A DNA stretch of 64,000 nt, taken from assembly GCA_041395905.1 (NCBI GenBank), contig JAWKZP010000011.1, forward strand, positions 769-64,768, written 5' to 3'. Source of the DNA: Pseudomonadales bacterium (lineage in GTDB: Bacteria; Pseudomonadota; Gammaproteobacteria; Pseudomonadales; Azotimanducaceae). Of the stretch, positions 8,820-18,810 are shown in pieces. Below the pieces are notes generated by a model. It ran no database searches. It was not told the origin of the DNA and saw only the letters and a list, made by a program, of their open reading frames with translations. Each line of letters begins with the position of its first letter. Within the stretch, counting starts at the first letter, position 1. A program made the translations under genes and the position numbers.

Positions 8820-10730
8820 TCAACCCTCCAGGGCCTCCCAGCGCGCATACATCTGCGCCAGATCGGATTCCAGCTCGGCGAGCTTCTGCATCGCGGCCGC
8901 GACCTCGGCCTGCGCCTGCTGGTAGAACTCGGGTGCCATGGTGCGCTGCTGCAGGTCAGCGAGCTCCGCCTCAGTCACCTCGATCCGGCCGGGCAACGCG
9001 TCCAGCTCGCGCTGTTCCTTGTAGCTCAGCCGGCGCCGGCCGCCCTGGTCGCCCGATGTCCGCCGGTCCGCGCGCGGCACGGCCGCCCGTGCCGGCTGCC
9101 CGGCGGACGAGCCGGCTGCGTCGGCGGTCCGAGTCGGTGCGGGACGCTGCCGCAGCCAGTCGCTGTAGCCACCCACATACTCGCTCACGCTGCCGTCTCC
9201 GCTGAGCACCAGGGTGCTCGTGACGGTGCGATCCAGAAAGCTGCGGTCGTGGCTGACCAGCAGCAGCGTCCCGTCGTAGTCGCTCAGCAGCTCTTCGAGC
9301 AGTTCGAGCGTTTCCAGATCGAGGTCGTTGGTGGGCTCGTCGAGCACCAGCAGGTTGGCCGGCCGCGAGAACAGCTTCGCCAGCAGCAGCCGATTGCGCT
9401 CGCCGCCGGACAGACTCTTCACGGGCGAATGCACCCGTGCCGGAGGGAACAGAAAGTCCGCAAGGTAGCTGATCACATGCCGCGGTTTGCCCCCGATCAC
9501 CACCTGATCCGACCCTTCAGCCAGGTTGTCACGCACCGACCGCTCGGGGTCGAGCTGCAGGCGTTCCTGATCGAAGTAGGCGATGCGCAGCTGCGTGCCG
9601 CGCCGGATCTCGCCACTGGTCGGCGTGAGTTCGCCCAGCAGCAGACGCAGCAGCGTGCTCTTGCCACTACCGTTGCGGCCGATGATGCCGATGCGATCAC
9701 CCCGCTGCACCAGCACGGACAGACCGCGGATCACCGGCTCGGCGCCGTATCCGAAGCACACACCCTGCGCCTCGAGCACCAGCTTCCCCGATCGATCGCC
9801 CGAGTCGAGAGACATGTTCACGCTGCCCTGCCGGTCGATCCGCTCGGCACGTTCGCGACGCATGGCTTCGAGGCGCCTGACCCGGCCCTCGTTTCTGGTA
9901 CGGCGGGCTTTGATGCCCTGGCGGATCCAGACCTCCTCCTCGGCCAGGTCCTGATCGAACTTGCGGTTGCCGCGCGCCTCTGCCTCCAGCAGTGCGTCCT
10001 TGCGCTCCAGGTACTCGGCGTAGCTGCCGGGGAACGAACGCAGCACGCCCCGGTCCAGTTCGATGATGCGCGTGGCGAGGTGGTCGACGAAGGTGCGATC
10101 GTGGGTGATGAACAGCACCGCGCCCCGATATTCCAGCAGCGCGGTCTCCAGCGCTTCGATGGACTCGATGTCCAGGTGGTTGGTGGGTTCGTCCAGCAGC
10201 AGCAGATCCGGAGCACTGACCAGCGCCTGACCGAGCATGGCGCGACGCCGCAAGCCGCCGCTGCATTCGGACATGAGCGATTGCGCGGGCAGCGCGAGCC
10301 GGCTGATCACGGCCTCGACCCGCTGCGAACCCTCCCAGGCACCCGCGGCCTCTACCTCCGCCTGCAGCCGTCCGAATTCCGCCAGGGCCCTGTCGCCGCC
10401 CGCGGCAAGCGCCTCGCTGGCGCGGTGGTAGCGGGCCAGCAGCGCGCTGTGGTCGCCAAGGCCTGACGCGACCACTTCGAACACGGTGGCATCGGCCGCG
10501 TCGGGCACCTCCTGGGCCAGCTTCGCCACGCGCAGGCCGTCGCGTCTCCAGAGCTGACCACTGTCCAGACTGGCGTCGCCGGCGATGACGTTGAGCAGGG
10601 TGGACTTGCCGGCGCCGTTGCGGCCCACCAGGCACAGGCGCTCTTTCGCCTCCACGACGAGTTCGGCGCCATCGAGCAGCGGCACGTGGCCGAAGGCGAG
10701 GCAGGCGTCCTGCAGGCGGATCAGCGACAT
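8820..10730 (-). CDS. uup: ABC-F family ATPase (Uup-like)
   Basis: Two ABC cassettes (GRNGAGKSTLL and GRNGSGKSTLL, two LSGG signatures), an inter-domain linker and a C-terminal coiled-coil tail. 636 aa, no TM segments. Confidence 0.9.
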   Translation of the reverse strand: MSLIRLQDACLAFGHVPLLDGAELVVEAKERLCLVGRNGAGKSTLLNVIAGDASLDSGQLWRRDGLRVAKLAQEVPDAADATVFEVVASGLGDHSALLARYHRASEALAAGGDRALAEFGRLQAEVEAAGAWEGSQRVEAVISRLALPAQSLMSECSGGLRRRAMLGQALVSAPDLLLLDEPTNHLDIESIEALETALLEYRGAVLFITHDRTFVDHLATRIIELDRGVLRSFPGSYAEYLERKDALLEAEARGNRKFDQDLAEEEVWIRQGIKARRTRNEGRVRRLEAMRRERAERIDRQGSVNMSLDSGDRSGKLVLEAQGVCFGYGAEPVIRGLSVLVQRGDRIGIIGRNGSGKSTLLRLLLGELTPTSGEIRRGTQLRIAYFDQERLQLDPERSVRDNLAEGSDQVVIGGKPRHVISYLADFLFPPARVHSPVKSLSGGERNRLLLAKLFSRPANLLVLDEPTNDLDLETLELLEELLSDYDGTLLLVSHDRSFLDRTVTSTLVLSGDGSVSEYVGGYSDWLRQRPAPTRTADAAGSSAGQPARAAVPRADRRTSGDQGGRRRLSYKEQRELDALPGRIEVTEAELADLQQRTMAPEFYQQAQAEVAAAMQKLAELESDLAQMYARWEALEG

Positions 10731-10843
10731 GGGAATCCCGGATTGTCGAGCACGAGGGTTCGCATCAGCGCGGCGATGATAGCCTGTCGGTCCCGGATCC
10801 GCCGCTCTCGGTGCCGATGCTGCGCCCGACCCGGGCGGGACGA

Positions 10844-12067
10844 TCAGCCGGGCTTGAGCGCGAGCGTCAGCGTGGGATGCCTGCCCGGTGCCAGCAGCGC
10901 GTTCTCAACCTCGAGCGGAAACGCCAGGGTCTCGGTGCGGGCACCCGGCTTGAGCGTAATCGTGGTCGTGCCCAGCGGCGGCACGGTGAAGCGCTCGTCG
11001 TGCTCCACCATGGTGATACCCGAGGCATTGCGCAGCTCGAAACTGGCGTCGGAGTGGTTGAACAGGGTCACGGAAAGCGTGTCGGTGCCCGGCAGGAAGC
11101 GGACATCGGTCGCCTCGAGGGACGCTTCCAGCAGAGGCAACAGCTGCGGCTCGCGGCCGATCAGAAGGTTTTTGAACCAGACCACCGTGCGCCGCTCGAA
11201 CAGGGCACTGCGGATGGCGTCCGCGCTGCGCTCGGTCGCGAACACGAGCGTCACCGGGCGGTGTGCGCCTGCGGCAGGCGGGAAGTCCCAGTCGATCAGG
11301 TCGTGGATATCCGATACGCCGAGCAGCGTCAGATCGTTCTGCAGCCCGATCTCCAGCGCCTCGGCCGAGAACGTGTCGCCGTTGGCCACTTCGATGCCGT
11401 GCAGCTGCTCGGCATCGATCAGCTGGCGGTGCAGTTCGGAAAGCTCCGCGACGCCCGACGGCCGCTGGCGCGTCCAGTAGGGATGGTTGATGAACACGAA
11501 CGCGCCCTGGGCGTTCGCCGCCGCCACGGCCGCCTCCGGCGGCCAGAGACCCGCAGCCCGGTAGTAGGCGCCGGTGTCGGCTGGGTCCGCCGGTGGTTGC
11601 GGCACCTGGTACAGGCCGTTGGCGTCCTCGATGAACACCGCATTGATGTGTCCGGCGGGCAGTTCCCGGGTGATTTCGGAGCCCGCGATGACGATCAGCT
11701 CCGAGCCTTCGGCAGCCCGCATCGCCTCCTGATAGGATCGATTGCGGTCGGCGTGGGGGATGTCTGCCAGATGCGGCTGATATTCCAGGTGCTCGGTCAC
11801 CGCAAACGCATCGAGGCCGTCGCGCAACGCTTCCTCGATACGGATCTTCGGCCACACGTGACCATCTGAGAACACGCTGTGACTGTGCAGATCCGCCACC
11901 AGCGTGCGGTAGCCGGCGACGTCCGGAAAGCGGATGGGCCGGTCACCCAGCAGCGCCGGGTCCACGTCTGCACGGCCGTGACCCCAGGCGCCACCTGCAG
12001 ACATCAGACAGAGCGTTGCCGTCAAAGCTACCGCTGCAGGTCGTTTGCGCATTTCCCCGCTCCTCAA
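10844..12067 (-). CDS. Exported PHP-domain metallophosphoesterase (Sb-PDE/CehA-like)
   Basis: Signal peptide (AAVALTATLCLMSAGGAWG), a PHP His cluster DLHSHSVFSDGH, and further His/Asp motifs (VTEHLEY, INHPYW, SDIHD). Confidence 0.75.
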   Translation of the reverse strand: MRSGEMRKRPAAVALTATLCLMSAGGAWGHGRADVDPALLGDRPIRFPDVAGYRTLVADLHSHSVFSDGHVWPKIRIEEALRDGLDAFAVTEHLEYQPHLADIPHADRNRSYQEAMRAAEGSELIVIAGSEITRELPAGHINAVFIEDANGLYQVPQPPADPADTGAYYRAAGLWPPEAAVAAANAQGAFVFINHPYWTRQRPSGVAELSELHRQLIDAEQLHGIEVANGDTFSAEALEIGLQNDLTLLGVSDIHDLIDWDFPPAAGAHRPVTLVFATERSADAIRSALFERRTVVWFKNLLIGREPQLLPLLEASLEATDVRFLPGTDTLSVTLFNHSDASFELRNASGITMVEHDERFTVPPLGTTTITLKPGARTETLAFPLEVENALLAPGRHPTLTLALKPG

Positions 12068-12190
12068 GTGCTTGTGCCAATACTATCCGGGCCGGGCGTG
12101 TCACGCGGATGACACCCGGCGGCCCTGATCCCCGAGGGTTTTCCGCACGCCATCCGCACCCGGCGGCGCAGTTGCACCCGCCACGCCGAT

Positions 12191-12934
12191 TCAGCCGCTA
12201 CGCACCAGCGACAGATGCGAGCGCCCGGGCTTCGGACGACGCGCATCCGCGTCCTTGAGCGTACGGTCAGGCGCCGGCACCAGATCCTCGTCGATCCAGC
12301 GCAGCAGGTCCCGCCACTGCGCGAGCTCGCTCCCCGCTTCCGACGCCGTCAGCTCGCACAGGCCGCGGCCCTGCTCGGCCGCGCGCACGTAAGCCTGCAC
12401 GTCGCGCAGCACGGCCACCACGGGAATGCCCAGGGTGTCGAGAAACCGCATCAGCGACCGGTACGCGAGGGTGTTGCGCTTGACCCGGTTGGCGACCACG
12501 CCGAGGACCTGGGTGCCACGCGGCACCTTGGCATGCACGAGCAGCTCCTTGATGGCGCGGGTAGCCGCCTGAATGTCGATGTCCGACGGCAGCACGGGCA
12601 GCAGGATCTTGTCGGCATTGCGCACCACGTCGATCAGTTGGTGCCGATCCAGCGCGGCTGCGGTGTCCACCACGACGCGTTCCGTATCGGGCGGCACGCG
12701 CAGCGCGAACGTTCTCGTGACGTTGGCGGGTACTTCCTCGTAGGCGGCGATACCGTGGATGGCGGGTAGATCTGCCGGGCGCTGCTTGAGCCAGCGGGTT
12801 GCCGATCCCTGGCGATCACGATCGATGATCGCCACGCGGCGGCCGCCGGCGGCGAACGCAGCGGCGACATTGCAGGAAATCGTGGTTTTGCCCGATCCGC
12901 CTTTGGGATTGAGCACCACGATGCGCAGGCTCAT
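12191..12934 (-). CDS. ParA/MinD-like P-loop ATPase (orphan)
   Basis: Deviant Walker A NPKGGSGKTT near the N-terminus when started at ATG 12934 (alternative ATG 12976), plus IIDRDRQGS and VVDTAA motifs. Confidence 0.8.
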   Translation of the reverse strand: MSLRIVVLNPKGGSGKTTISCNVAAAFAAGGRRVAIIDRDRQGSATRWLKQRPADLPAIHGIAAYEEVPANVTRTFALRVPPDTERVVVDTAAALDRHQLIDVVRNADKILLPVLPSDIDIQAATRAIKELLVHAKVPRGTQVLGVVANRVKRNTLAYRSLMRFLDTLGIPVVAVLRDVQAYVRAAEQGRGLCELTASEAGSELAQWRDLLRWIDEDLVPAPDRTLKDADARRPKPGRSHLSLVRSG

Positions 12935-12987
12935 GGTATGCGGGGCTCCATTAGCCGGAAGCATAGCCTGCCGCAATGGTTCGTCAA

Positions 12988-13233
12988 TCAGCCTCCCTGA
13001 ATGCGCGGCAGCAGGAACACCTCCGCTCCGTCGGGGATAGTTTCCGACCAGTTGTCGCGATAGATCTCGCCGTTGATGGACACGGCAATGCCCTCATCGA
13101 GCCGCCGCTGCATGCGCGGATAGCGCTCCACCAGCTTGCGCAGCAGCTCCCGGATCGTGGCTGCATCGATGGTCACCGATGCAGCCCCATCCGCGGCGTC
13201 GCGCAGCGACGCCGTGAGCTGCACCTCGTGCAT
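12988..13233 (-). CDS. MoaD/ThiS-family ubiquitin-like beta-grasp protein with a C-terminal GG
   Basis: 81 aa ending ...FLLPRIQGG. The start overlaps the stop of the Mo-subunit gene by 1 nt (TGATG at 13231-13235). Confidence 0.75.
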   Translation of the reverse strand: MHEVQLTASLRDAADGAASVTIDAATIRELLRKLVERYPRMQRRLDEGIAVSINGEIYRDNWSETIPDGAEVFLLPRIQGG

Positions 13234-15512
13234 CAGGCGGCGGCCTCACTCTCCGCCCGGTGTGCCTTGATCGCCTTGAGAATGCGCGGCGGCGACATGG
13301 GGATGTGCGTCATCCGCACGCCCACCGCGTTCGACACCGCATTCGCGATTGCCGCCAGCGGCGGCACGATGGACGTCTCGCCAACGCCGCGCACGCCGTA
13401 CGGATGGTTCGGATTGGGAATCTCGAGAATCTGCGTGTCGATGAACGGCAGGTCGGAGCAGACCGGAATGCGGTAATCCAGAAAGCCCGGGTTCTGCAGG
13501 CGGCCGTCGTCACCGTAGACGTACTCCTCGTTCAGCGCCCAGCCGATACCCTGCGCGGCTCCGCCCTGGAACTGGCCTTCCACGTAGTCCGGATGGATGG
13601 CCTTGCCGGCATCCTGGATGACCGTATAACGGATGACCCTGGTCTTGCCGGTTTCCGGGTCCACCTCCACGTCGCAGATATGGGTCGCGAACGACACTCC
13701 GGCGCCGTCGGCCACCACCTCGTTGTGCCCGGCAATCGGACCGCCGGTGTTCGGCGACGCGGCGGCCAGCTCTTCGATGCTGAGCGAGGACAGGTTGCTG
13801 TGCTCCGAGCCCATGGCCACGGCCTTGCCGTCCTGCCATTCCACCTTGGAAACGTCGATGTCCCAGGTCCGGGCGGCCCGCTCGCGCAGCACCTCGATGG
13901 CATTGCGCGCGGCAAACACCGTCGCCATACCGGAGGAAAAGGTCCCGCGGCTGCCCTCGGTCATGTCGTTGTGCCCGAGTGATACCGTATCCGCCACGTT
14001 GCAGCGCACCCGCTCGTAGGGAATGCCCAGCTCTTCTGCGGCGATGAGTGCCATGGATGCCCGCGAACCGCCCACATCCACGGTGCCCACGGTGAGGTTC
14101 ACCGTGCCGTCCACGCCGATGTTCAGGTCCACGCAGGTCTGGCCGCCGAAGTTGAACCAGAAACCGCAGGCCATGCCGCGACCCTGATTCCTGCCGAGCG
14201 GAGCCTTCATGTGCGGATGATTCTTCGCCGCCTGCAGCGTCGGGCCGATGCCGATGGGTCCGTAGGTGGGGCCGTAGGAAGCCCGGGTCCCTTCCTTGGC
14301 CGCGTTCTTGATCCGGAATTCGACCGGATCCATACCGATCTCCGCAGCCAGCTGGTCGATGGTGCTCTCCACCCCGAATGCCGCCATGGGCGCCGAGGGC
14401 GCACGGTAAGCCGCCACCTTGGGCCGGTTCACGAGCACGTCGTAGCCGACGGATTTGACGTTCTTGAGGTCGTAGCAGGCAAACGACGTCATCGCGCCCA
14501 GCATGCCCCAGATGGCGGGAAACGCGCCGTCCTGATAGCGCAGCGTGGCGGTTGCCGCAGTGATGATGCCGTCACGGGTCGCGCCGATCTTCACGTCGAC
14601 GGACGTGGAGCAGGTGGGCCCGGTGGCACGAAACACCTCGTCGCGGGTCATGACCAGCTTCACGGGACGGTTGGCTTTGCGCGACAACGCGAGTGCCACC
14701 GGCTCGATCCAGACGTGGGTCTTGCCGCCGAACCCGCCGCCGATCTCCGACGAAGTCACCTTGAGCTTGGCAACTTCCATCCCCAGCAGGCTCGCACAGA
14801 CGTTGCGGAACACGAAGTGCCCCTGGGTGGTGACCCAGAGCTCGCCGGTGCCGTCTGGATTGACGCTCGCCAGGCAGGCATGCGGTTCGATGTAGCCCTG
14901 GTGGGTCTGCTCGGTTTTGTAGCTGCGCTCGACGATCACGTGCGCCTCGGCGAAGCCGGCCTCCACGTCGCCGTGCCCGAAGGTGGAGATCTGCGAAACG
15001 TTGGACGCCTTGGTCGGCGCCGGATCGACCCCGGCGGTGCGCACCCATGGCTGCACGATGGGCGCGCCCGGCTTCATGGCCTCGTCCACGTCCGTGACGT
15101 GCGGCAGCACCTCGTAGTCGACCTTGATCAGCTTCAGCGCCTTGCGCGCGGTTTCCGCGTCGATCGCGGCGACAGCGGCGACCGCGTGCCCGTCGTACAA
15201 AGCCCGGCCGCGCGCCATGCAGTTCTCGAGGATGTCCAGCATGTCGCGGCGGCCATTGGTCAGATCGGGCAGATCGGCGCTGGTGACCACCGCCTTCACA
15301 CCCTTGAGCTTCTCCGCCTTGGACGCATCGATCTTGCGGATCTTGGCGTGGGCGTGAGGTGACCGCAGGATTGCCCCCACCAGCTGACCGGGCGCGAACG
15401 CATCAGCGCCGTAGCGGGCCCGCCCGGTGACCTTGTCCACGCCGTCCGGCCGCGGCACGCGGGTGCCGACGACTTTGAATTCCTGATTCGTGAAATGCTT
15501 GTCGTGTGCCAT
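13233..15512 (-). CDS. Molybdopterin-binding large subunit of a xanthine dehydrogenase/aldehyde oxidase (CoxL-like) family enzyme
   Basis: 759 aa. N-terminal VGTRVPRPDGVDKVTGRARYGAD, and a GGGFGGK motif in the middle, typical of Mo-hydroxylase large subunits. Confidence 0.92.
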   Translation of the reverse strand: MAHDKHFTNQEFKVVGTRVPRPDGVDKVTGRARYGADAFAPGQLVGAILRSPHAHAKIRKIDASKAEKLKGVKAVVTSADLPDLTNGRRDMLDILENCMARGRALYDGHAVAAVAAIDAETARKALKLIKVDYEVLPHVTDVDEAMKPGAPIVQPWVRTAGVDPAPTKASNVSQISTFGHGDVEAGFAEAHVIVERSYKTEQTHQGYIEPHACLASVNPDGTGELWVTTQGHFVFRNVCASLLGMEVAKLKVTSSEIGGGFGGKTHVWIEPVALALSRKANRPVKLVMTRDEVFRATGPTCSTSVDVKIGATRDGIITAATATLRYQDGAFPAIWGMLGAMTSFACYDLKNVKSVGYDVLVNRPKVAAYRAPSAPMAAFGVESTIDQLAAEIGMDPVEFRIKNAAKEGTRASYGPTYGPIGIGPTLQAAKNHPHMKAPLGRNQGRGMACGFWFNFGGQTCVDLNIGVDGTVNLTVGTVDVGGSRASMALIAAEELGIPYERVRCNVADTVSLGHNDMTEGSRGTFSSGMATVFAARNAIEVLRERAARTWDIDVSKVEWQDGKAVAMGSEHSNLSSLSIEELAAASPNTGGPIAGHNEVVADGAGVSFATHICDVEVDPETGKTRVIRYTVIQDAGKAIHPDYVEGQFQGGAAQGIGWALNEEYVYGDDGRLQNPGFLDYRIPVCSDLPFIDTQILEIPNPNHPYGVRGVGETSIVPPLAAIANAVSNAVGVRMTHIPMSPPRILKAIKAHRAESEAAA

Positions 15513-15571
15513 CTCAATCGGTCCTCTCGCATCCTTGGTACCGGCCGCCCTGCGGCCGGCCCGTTAGCCGT

Positions 15572-16063
15572 TTACGCCTTGCGGCCCTGCTTCCTGAGAT
15601 CCTTGGCTGCGGCATCCACCGCCCGCACGATCTTGTCGTAGCCGGTGCAGCGGCACAGGTTGCCCGCCAGCGCGTAGCGGATCTCCTCTTCGCTGGGATC
15701 GGGATTGCGGTCGAGCAGTGCCTTGGCCGCCACCAGGAATCCCGGCGTGCAGATGCCGCACTGCAGCGCGGCGTGCTTGATGAACTGGCTCTGCAACGGA
15801 TGCAGCTGGTCGCCCTCCGCCAGGCCTTCGACCGTATCGACAGCCCGCCCCTCGACCTCGGCGCCGAGCACCAGGCAGGAACACACCAGCGCCCCGTCCA
15901 CAGTGACGCTGCAGGCGCCGCAGTCACCGGTGCCGCAACCCTCTTTCGCGCCGGTCAGACCCAGCCGGTTGCGCAGCACCTCGAGGAGCGTCTCGCGGGG
16001 TTGGCAGACGAACTCGACGGCATCGCCGTTCACAGTGGTTGCAACGAGAATTCCAGACATCAC
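15572..16063 (-). CDS. (2Fe-2S)-binding small subunit of the Mo-hydroxylase
   Basis: Plant-type cluster C-x4-C-x2-C (GCGTGDCGACSV) and a second cluster CGICTPG...CRCTGY. Confidence 0.92.
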   Translation of the reverse strand: MMSGILVATTVNGDAVEFVCQPRETLLEVLRNRLGLTGAKEGCGTGDCGACSVTVDGALVCSCLVLGAEVEGRAVDTVEGLAEGDQLHPLQSQFIKHAALQCGICTPGFLVAAKALLDRNPDPSEEEIRYALAGNLCRCTGYDKIVRAVDAAAKDLRKQGRKA

Positions 16064-16920
16064 TTACCCCCTGCGCGCTGATACGCAATCCGGGCAGCAC
16101 GACGCGCCAGCACGCCGGCCACCTCTGTTCTGAACTCGGCCGTGCCACGTTTGTCGTCGATGGGCCGGCAGGCGGCCTGGCAGGCCGCGTCCAGCGCAGC
16201 CAGGGCCGCGTCGTCGAGACGCGTGCCGACGATGGCCTTGGCCGCGGCCTCCACCAGCAGCACCGTCGGTGCCACGGCGCCCAGGGCCACCCGTGCCGAC
16301 TTGATGACCCCTTTCGGACCAAGAGTCAGATTGACCCCGGCGCTGACCACGGCGATGTCCATTTCGGTGCGCGGGATGAAACGCAGGTAGGCATCACCGG
16401 ACTTGGGTTTCGGCTTGGGCAGCACGATCGCCTCGATGACCTCGCCTTTCTTCAGGCTGGTCCTGCCGGGACCTGCGGGAATCTTCTCGACCGCCACCGT
16501 GCGCCTGCCCTTGGGGCCGACGATGGCCACCTTGGCGCCAGCCGCCACCAGCGCCGGTACGCTGTCCGCCGCGGGCGAAGCGTTGCACAGGTTGCCGACG
16601 ATGGTGCAGCGACCCTGAATCTGATCGGAGCCGATCAGGTTGGCGGCCTCGACGACGCCGGGCCAGGCCTTCTTCAGAGCTGAGTTTCTGCCCAGAGCCG
16701 CGCACGGTACCGAAGCACCGATCCTGAATCCGCTGGCCGTCCTGGCGATCGCCTGAGTCGCCGGTATCCGCTTGATGTCGACCACCAGCTCCGGTTCGAT
16801 CAGGCCGCTCTTCAGCCGCACCAGCAGGTCTGTTCCGCCCGCCAGAATGAAGGCGCTGCCCCGGGCTTTCGCCATCAGCGCCGACGCCTCCTTCATGGTC
16901 TTGGGTGCTTCGTATCTCAT
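16060..16920 (-). CDS. FAD-binding medium subunit (CoxM/XdhB-like) of the Mo-hydroxylase
   Basis: 286 aa, FILAGGTDLL FAD motif, 4-nt overlap with the 2Fe-2S gene. Confidence 0.9.
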   Translation of the reverse strand: MRYEAPKTMKEASALMAKARGSAFILAGGTDLLVRLKSGLIEPELVVDIKRIPATQAIARTASGFRIGASVPCAALGRNSALKKAWPGVVEAANLIGSDQIQGRCTIVGNLCNASPAADSVPALVAAGAKVAIVGPKGRRTVAVEKIPAGPGRTSLKKGEVIEAIVLPKPKPKSGDAYLRFIPRTEMDIAVVSAGVNLTLGPKGVIKSARVALGAVAPTVLLVEAAAKAIVGTRLDDAALAALDAACQAACRPIDDKRGTAEFRTEVAGVLARRAARIAYQRAGGK

Positions 16921-17202
16921 CGGTCAGTTGCCTCCCCACACAATATCGCCCGAGCAGTCGCGCCATCCGCACCGACTGGCCGCTCACAACGGTAGAACCC
17001 GTCATTCCCCGAGGCGGGGAATCCCTGCCGAAAATCGTGCCTGCCCGGGAACGATTCGGCAAGCGCTATCGGCGCGCCGCCAGGATTCGCCCGCGGATAC
17101 AGGCGCAAACTCAATGCCTACGGGGCGCGCGTTCGACGTTGGATCAGAGCGGTGGCGCACCGGGAAGGGTGCCCCGCCGCCTCGAGGCGACGACCGCGCG
17201 CC

Positions 17203-18243
17203 CTACAAAAGCGTTTCCGCCAGCAGCTGCAGTGCTTCCGGTTGCTGCGAGCCGATCAGCATGCTGGAGACGTGTCCCTGCTTGCCTGCCGCGACCCAGC
17301 GCTGCAGCCGATCCTTGATGCGGTCTGCAGGACCCACCAGATGGCAGGCGTCGATCAGTTCGGCCGGGACCGCCGCCATGGCTTCGTCCTTGCGTCCCGC
17401 CAGATACAGGTCCTGAATCTTCACGGCTGCTTCTTCGAAGCCGAGGCGTTTCGCATAGTCGTTGTAGAAGTTCTTGTCCCGTGCGCCCATGCCGCCGATG
17501 TACAGCGCCATGCTGCCGCGAATCGGCATCATGCACTTCTCGACGTCGTCGCCGACGATGCAGGTGACGAACGGCGCGATGTCGAACCGGGTCAGGTCCT
17601 TGCCGTTGCCCGCCTTCGCAAAACCCTTGCGGATGGGTTCCTCGAACACGTGGTACTGCTCCGGGTCCATCCACACCGGGAAGAAGCCGTCGGCTACTTC
17701 CGCCGCAGCGGCAACACCTGCCGGGGTGATGGTGGCAGCGTAGATGGGGATGTCTTCCTCGCAGTGCAGAATGCTCTTCAGCGGCTTGCCGAGCCCGGTA
17801 GCGCCCGGGCCCGTGTACGGCAGCTGATACATCTCGCCGTCGAAAGTCGCCGGACCCTCGCGCCGGATGATCTGCTTCATGATCTGGATGTATTCCCTGA
17901 GCCGGGTCACCGGTTTGCCGTAGGGCACCCCGTGCCAGCCCTCCACCACCTGCGGGCCCGATGCGCCGACGCCGCAGATGAACCGCCCGCCGGAAAGCTC
18001 CGCCAGCGACATTGCCGTCATCGCAGCCATGGCGGGCGTGCGCGCAGGCATCTGCATGATGGCCGTGCCGGCTTTGATCTTCGTGGTCTGGGCGAGGATC
18101 CATGCCGCCGGCGTGACCGCGTCCGAGCCGTAGGCTTCCGCAGTCCAGATCGACTCGTAACCCAGATTTTCCGCGTGCCGGACGGCGTCGATCGGAATGC
18201 TCATCTTGCGCCCGGAGTAACCGGATATCAGGCCTAGCTTCAT
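17203..18243 (-). CDS. Luciferase-like monooxygenase (LLM) family flavin/F420-type oxidoreductase
   Basis: MKLGLISGYSG...AENLGYESIWTAEAYGSDAVTPAAWILAQT...GRFICGVGASGPQVVEGWHG is the typical LLM TIM-barrel pattern. Confidence 0.85.
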   Translation of the reverse strand: MKLGLISGYSGRKMSIPIDAVRHAENLGYESIWTAEAYGSDAVTPAAWILAQTTKIKAGTAIMQMPARTPAMAAMTAMSLAELSGGRFICGVGASGPQVVEGWHGVPYGKPVTRLREYIQIMKQIIRREGPATFDGEMYQLPYTGPGATGLGKPLKSILHCEEDIPIYAATITPAGVAAAAEVADGFFPVWMDPEQYHVFEEPIRKGFAKAGNGKDLTRFDIAPFVTCIVGDDVEKCMMPIRGSMALYIGGMGARDKNFYNDYAKRLGFEEAAVKIQDLYLAGRKDEAMAAVPAELIDACHLVGPADRIKDRLQRWVAAGKQGHVSSMLIGSQQPEALQLLAETLL

Positions 18244-18388
18244 GAAAAATCCCTCAGAAACAAATTGCAGACCACCCTGTCAGGTGGTCGGGTGCCTGCA
18301 CCCCGTTCGGCAGCCGGATGTGCGTCGTCAGGCGGATCAACATAGCAAATCCGTGCCGTACGGCACAACGCCAGGCCGGACCACGCGG

Positions 18389-18697
18389 TCAGCCGGACTG
18401 ATAGTAGCCGCGCAGGTAGGCGATGATGTCCAGGGACTCGTACAGCCAGCGTCTGTCGCCCTGGGTGGTATCAATGCGCAGGCAGGGTACCTGCGTGCTG
18501 CCACCGCCTTCCAGCAGCTCGCGACGCGCCTCGGCATCCCTGAGCACGTCGCGCAGCTCTATCTCGATGCCCGCTTCCGCCAGATAGCGCAGCACACGCT
18601 GGCAGAACGGGCAGCTCGCGTACTGATACAGCACGTGCTGCTCCGTGCGGGCACCGGCCTGTACCTGCGATTCTGTCTGGGATTGCATCTGGGGCAT
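18389..18697 (-). CDS. Glutaredoxin-family protein
   Basis: CPFC active site, and VPCL...ESLDIIAYL as in small glutaredoxins. The start is taken at ATG 18697 (alternatives 18739 and 18688). Confidence 0.8.
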   Translation of the reverse strand: MPQMQSQTESQVQAGARTEQHVLYQYASCPFCQRVLRYLAEAGIEIELRDVLRDAEARRELLEGGGSTQVPCLRIDTTQGDRRWLYESLDIIAYLRGYYQSG

Positions 18698-18810
18698 CGA
18701 TCGTACCGGGAGTTCGGCGAGGGCGCCGCAGTATGCCACAACCGCCCTCGGCTACAATCGATACGGATGCCTGAGTAGAATCCAGCCTCGCCACTCGAGC
18801 CGGAGCCGCC

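Noticed and set aside
16921-17202. Possible Moco riboswitch or other structured leader upstream of the Mo-hydroxylase operon (282-bp gap with hairpins such as ATTCCCC-gaggc-GGGGAAT at 17014-17032).
   Set aside because: I could not recognise the conserved Moco-motif core by eye. The hairpins are equally well explained as the terminator of the upstream LLM gene. It needs a covariance-model scan before any claim.
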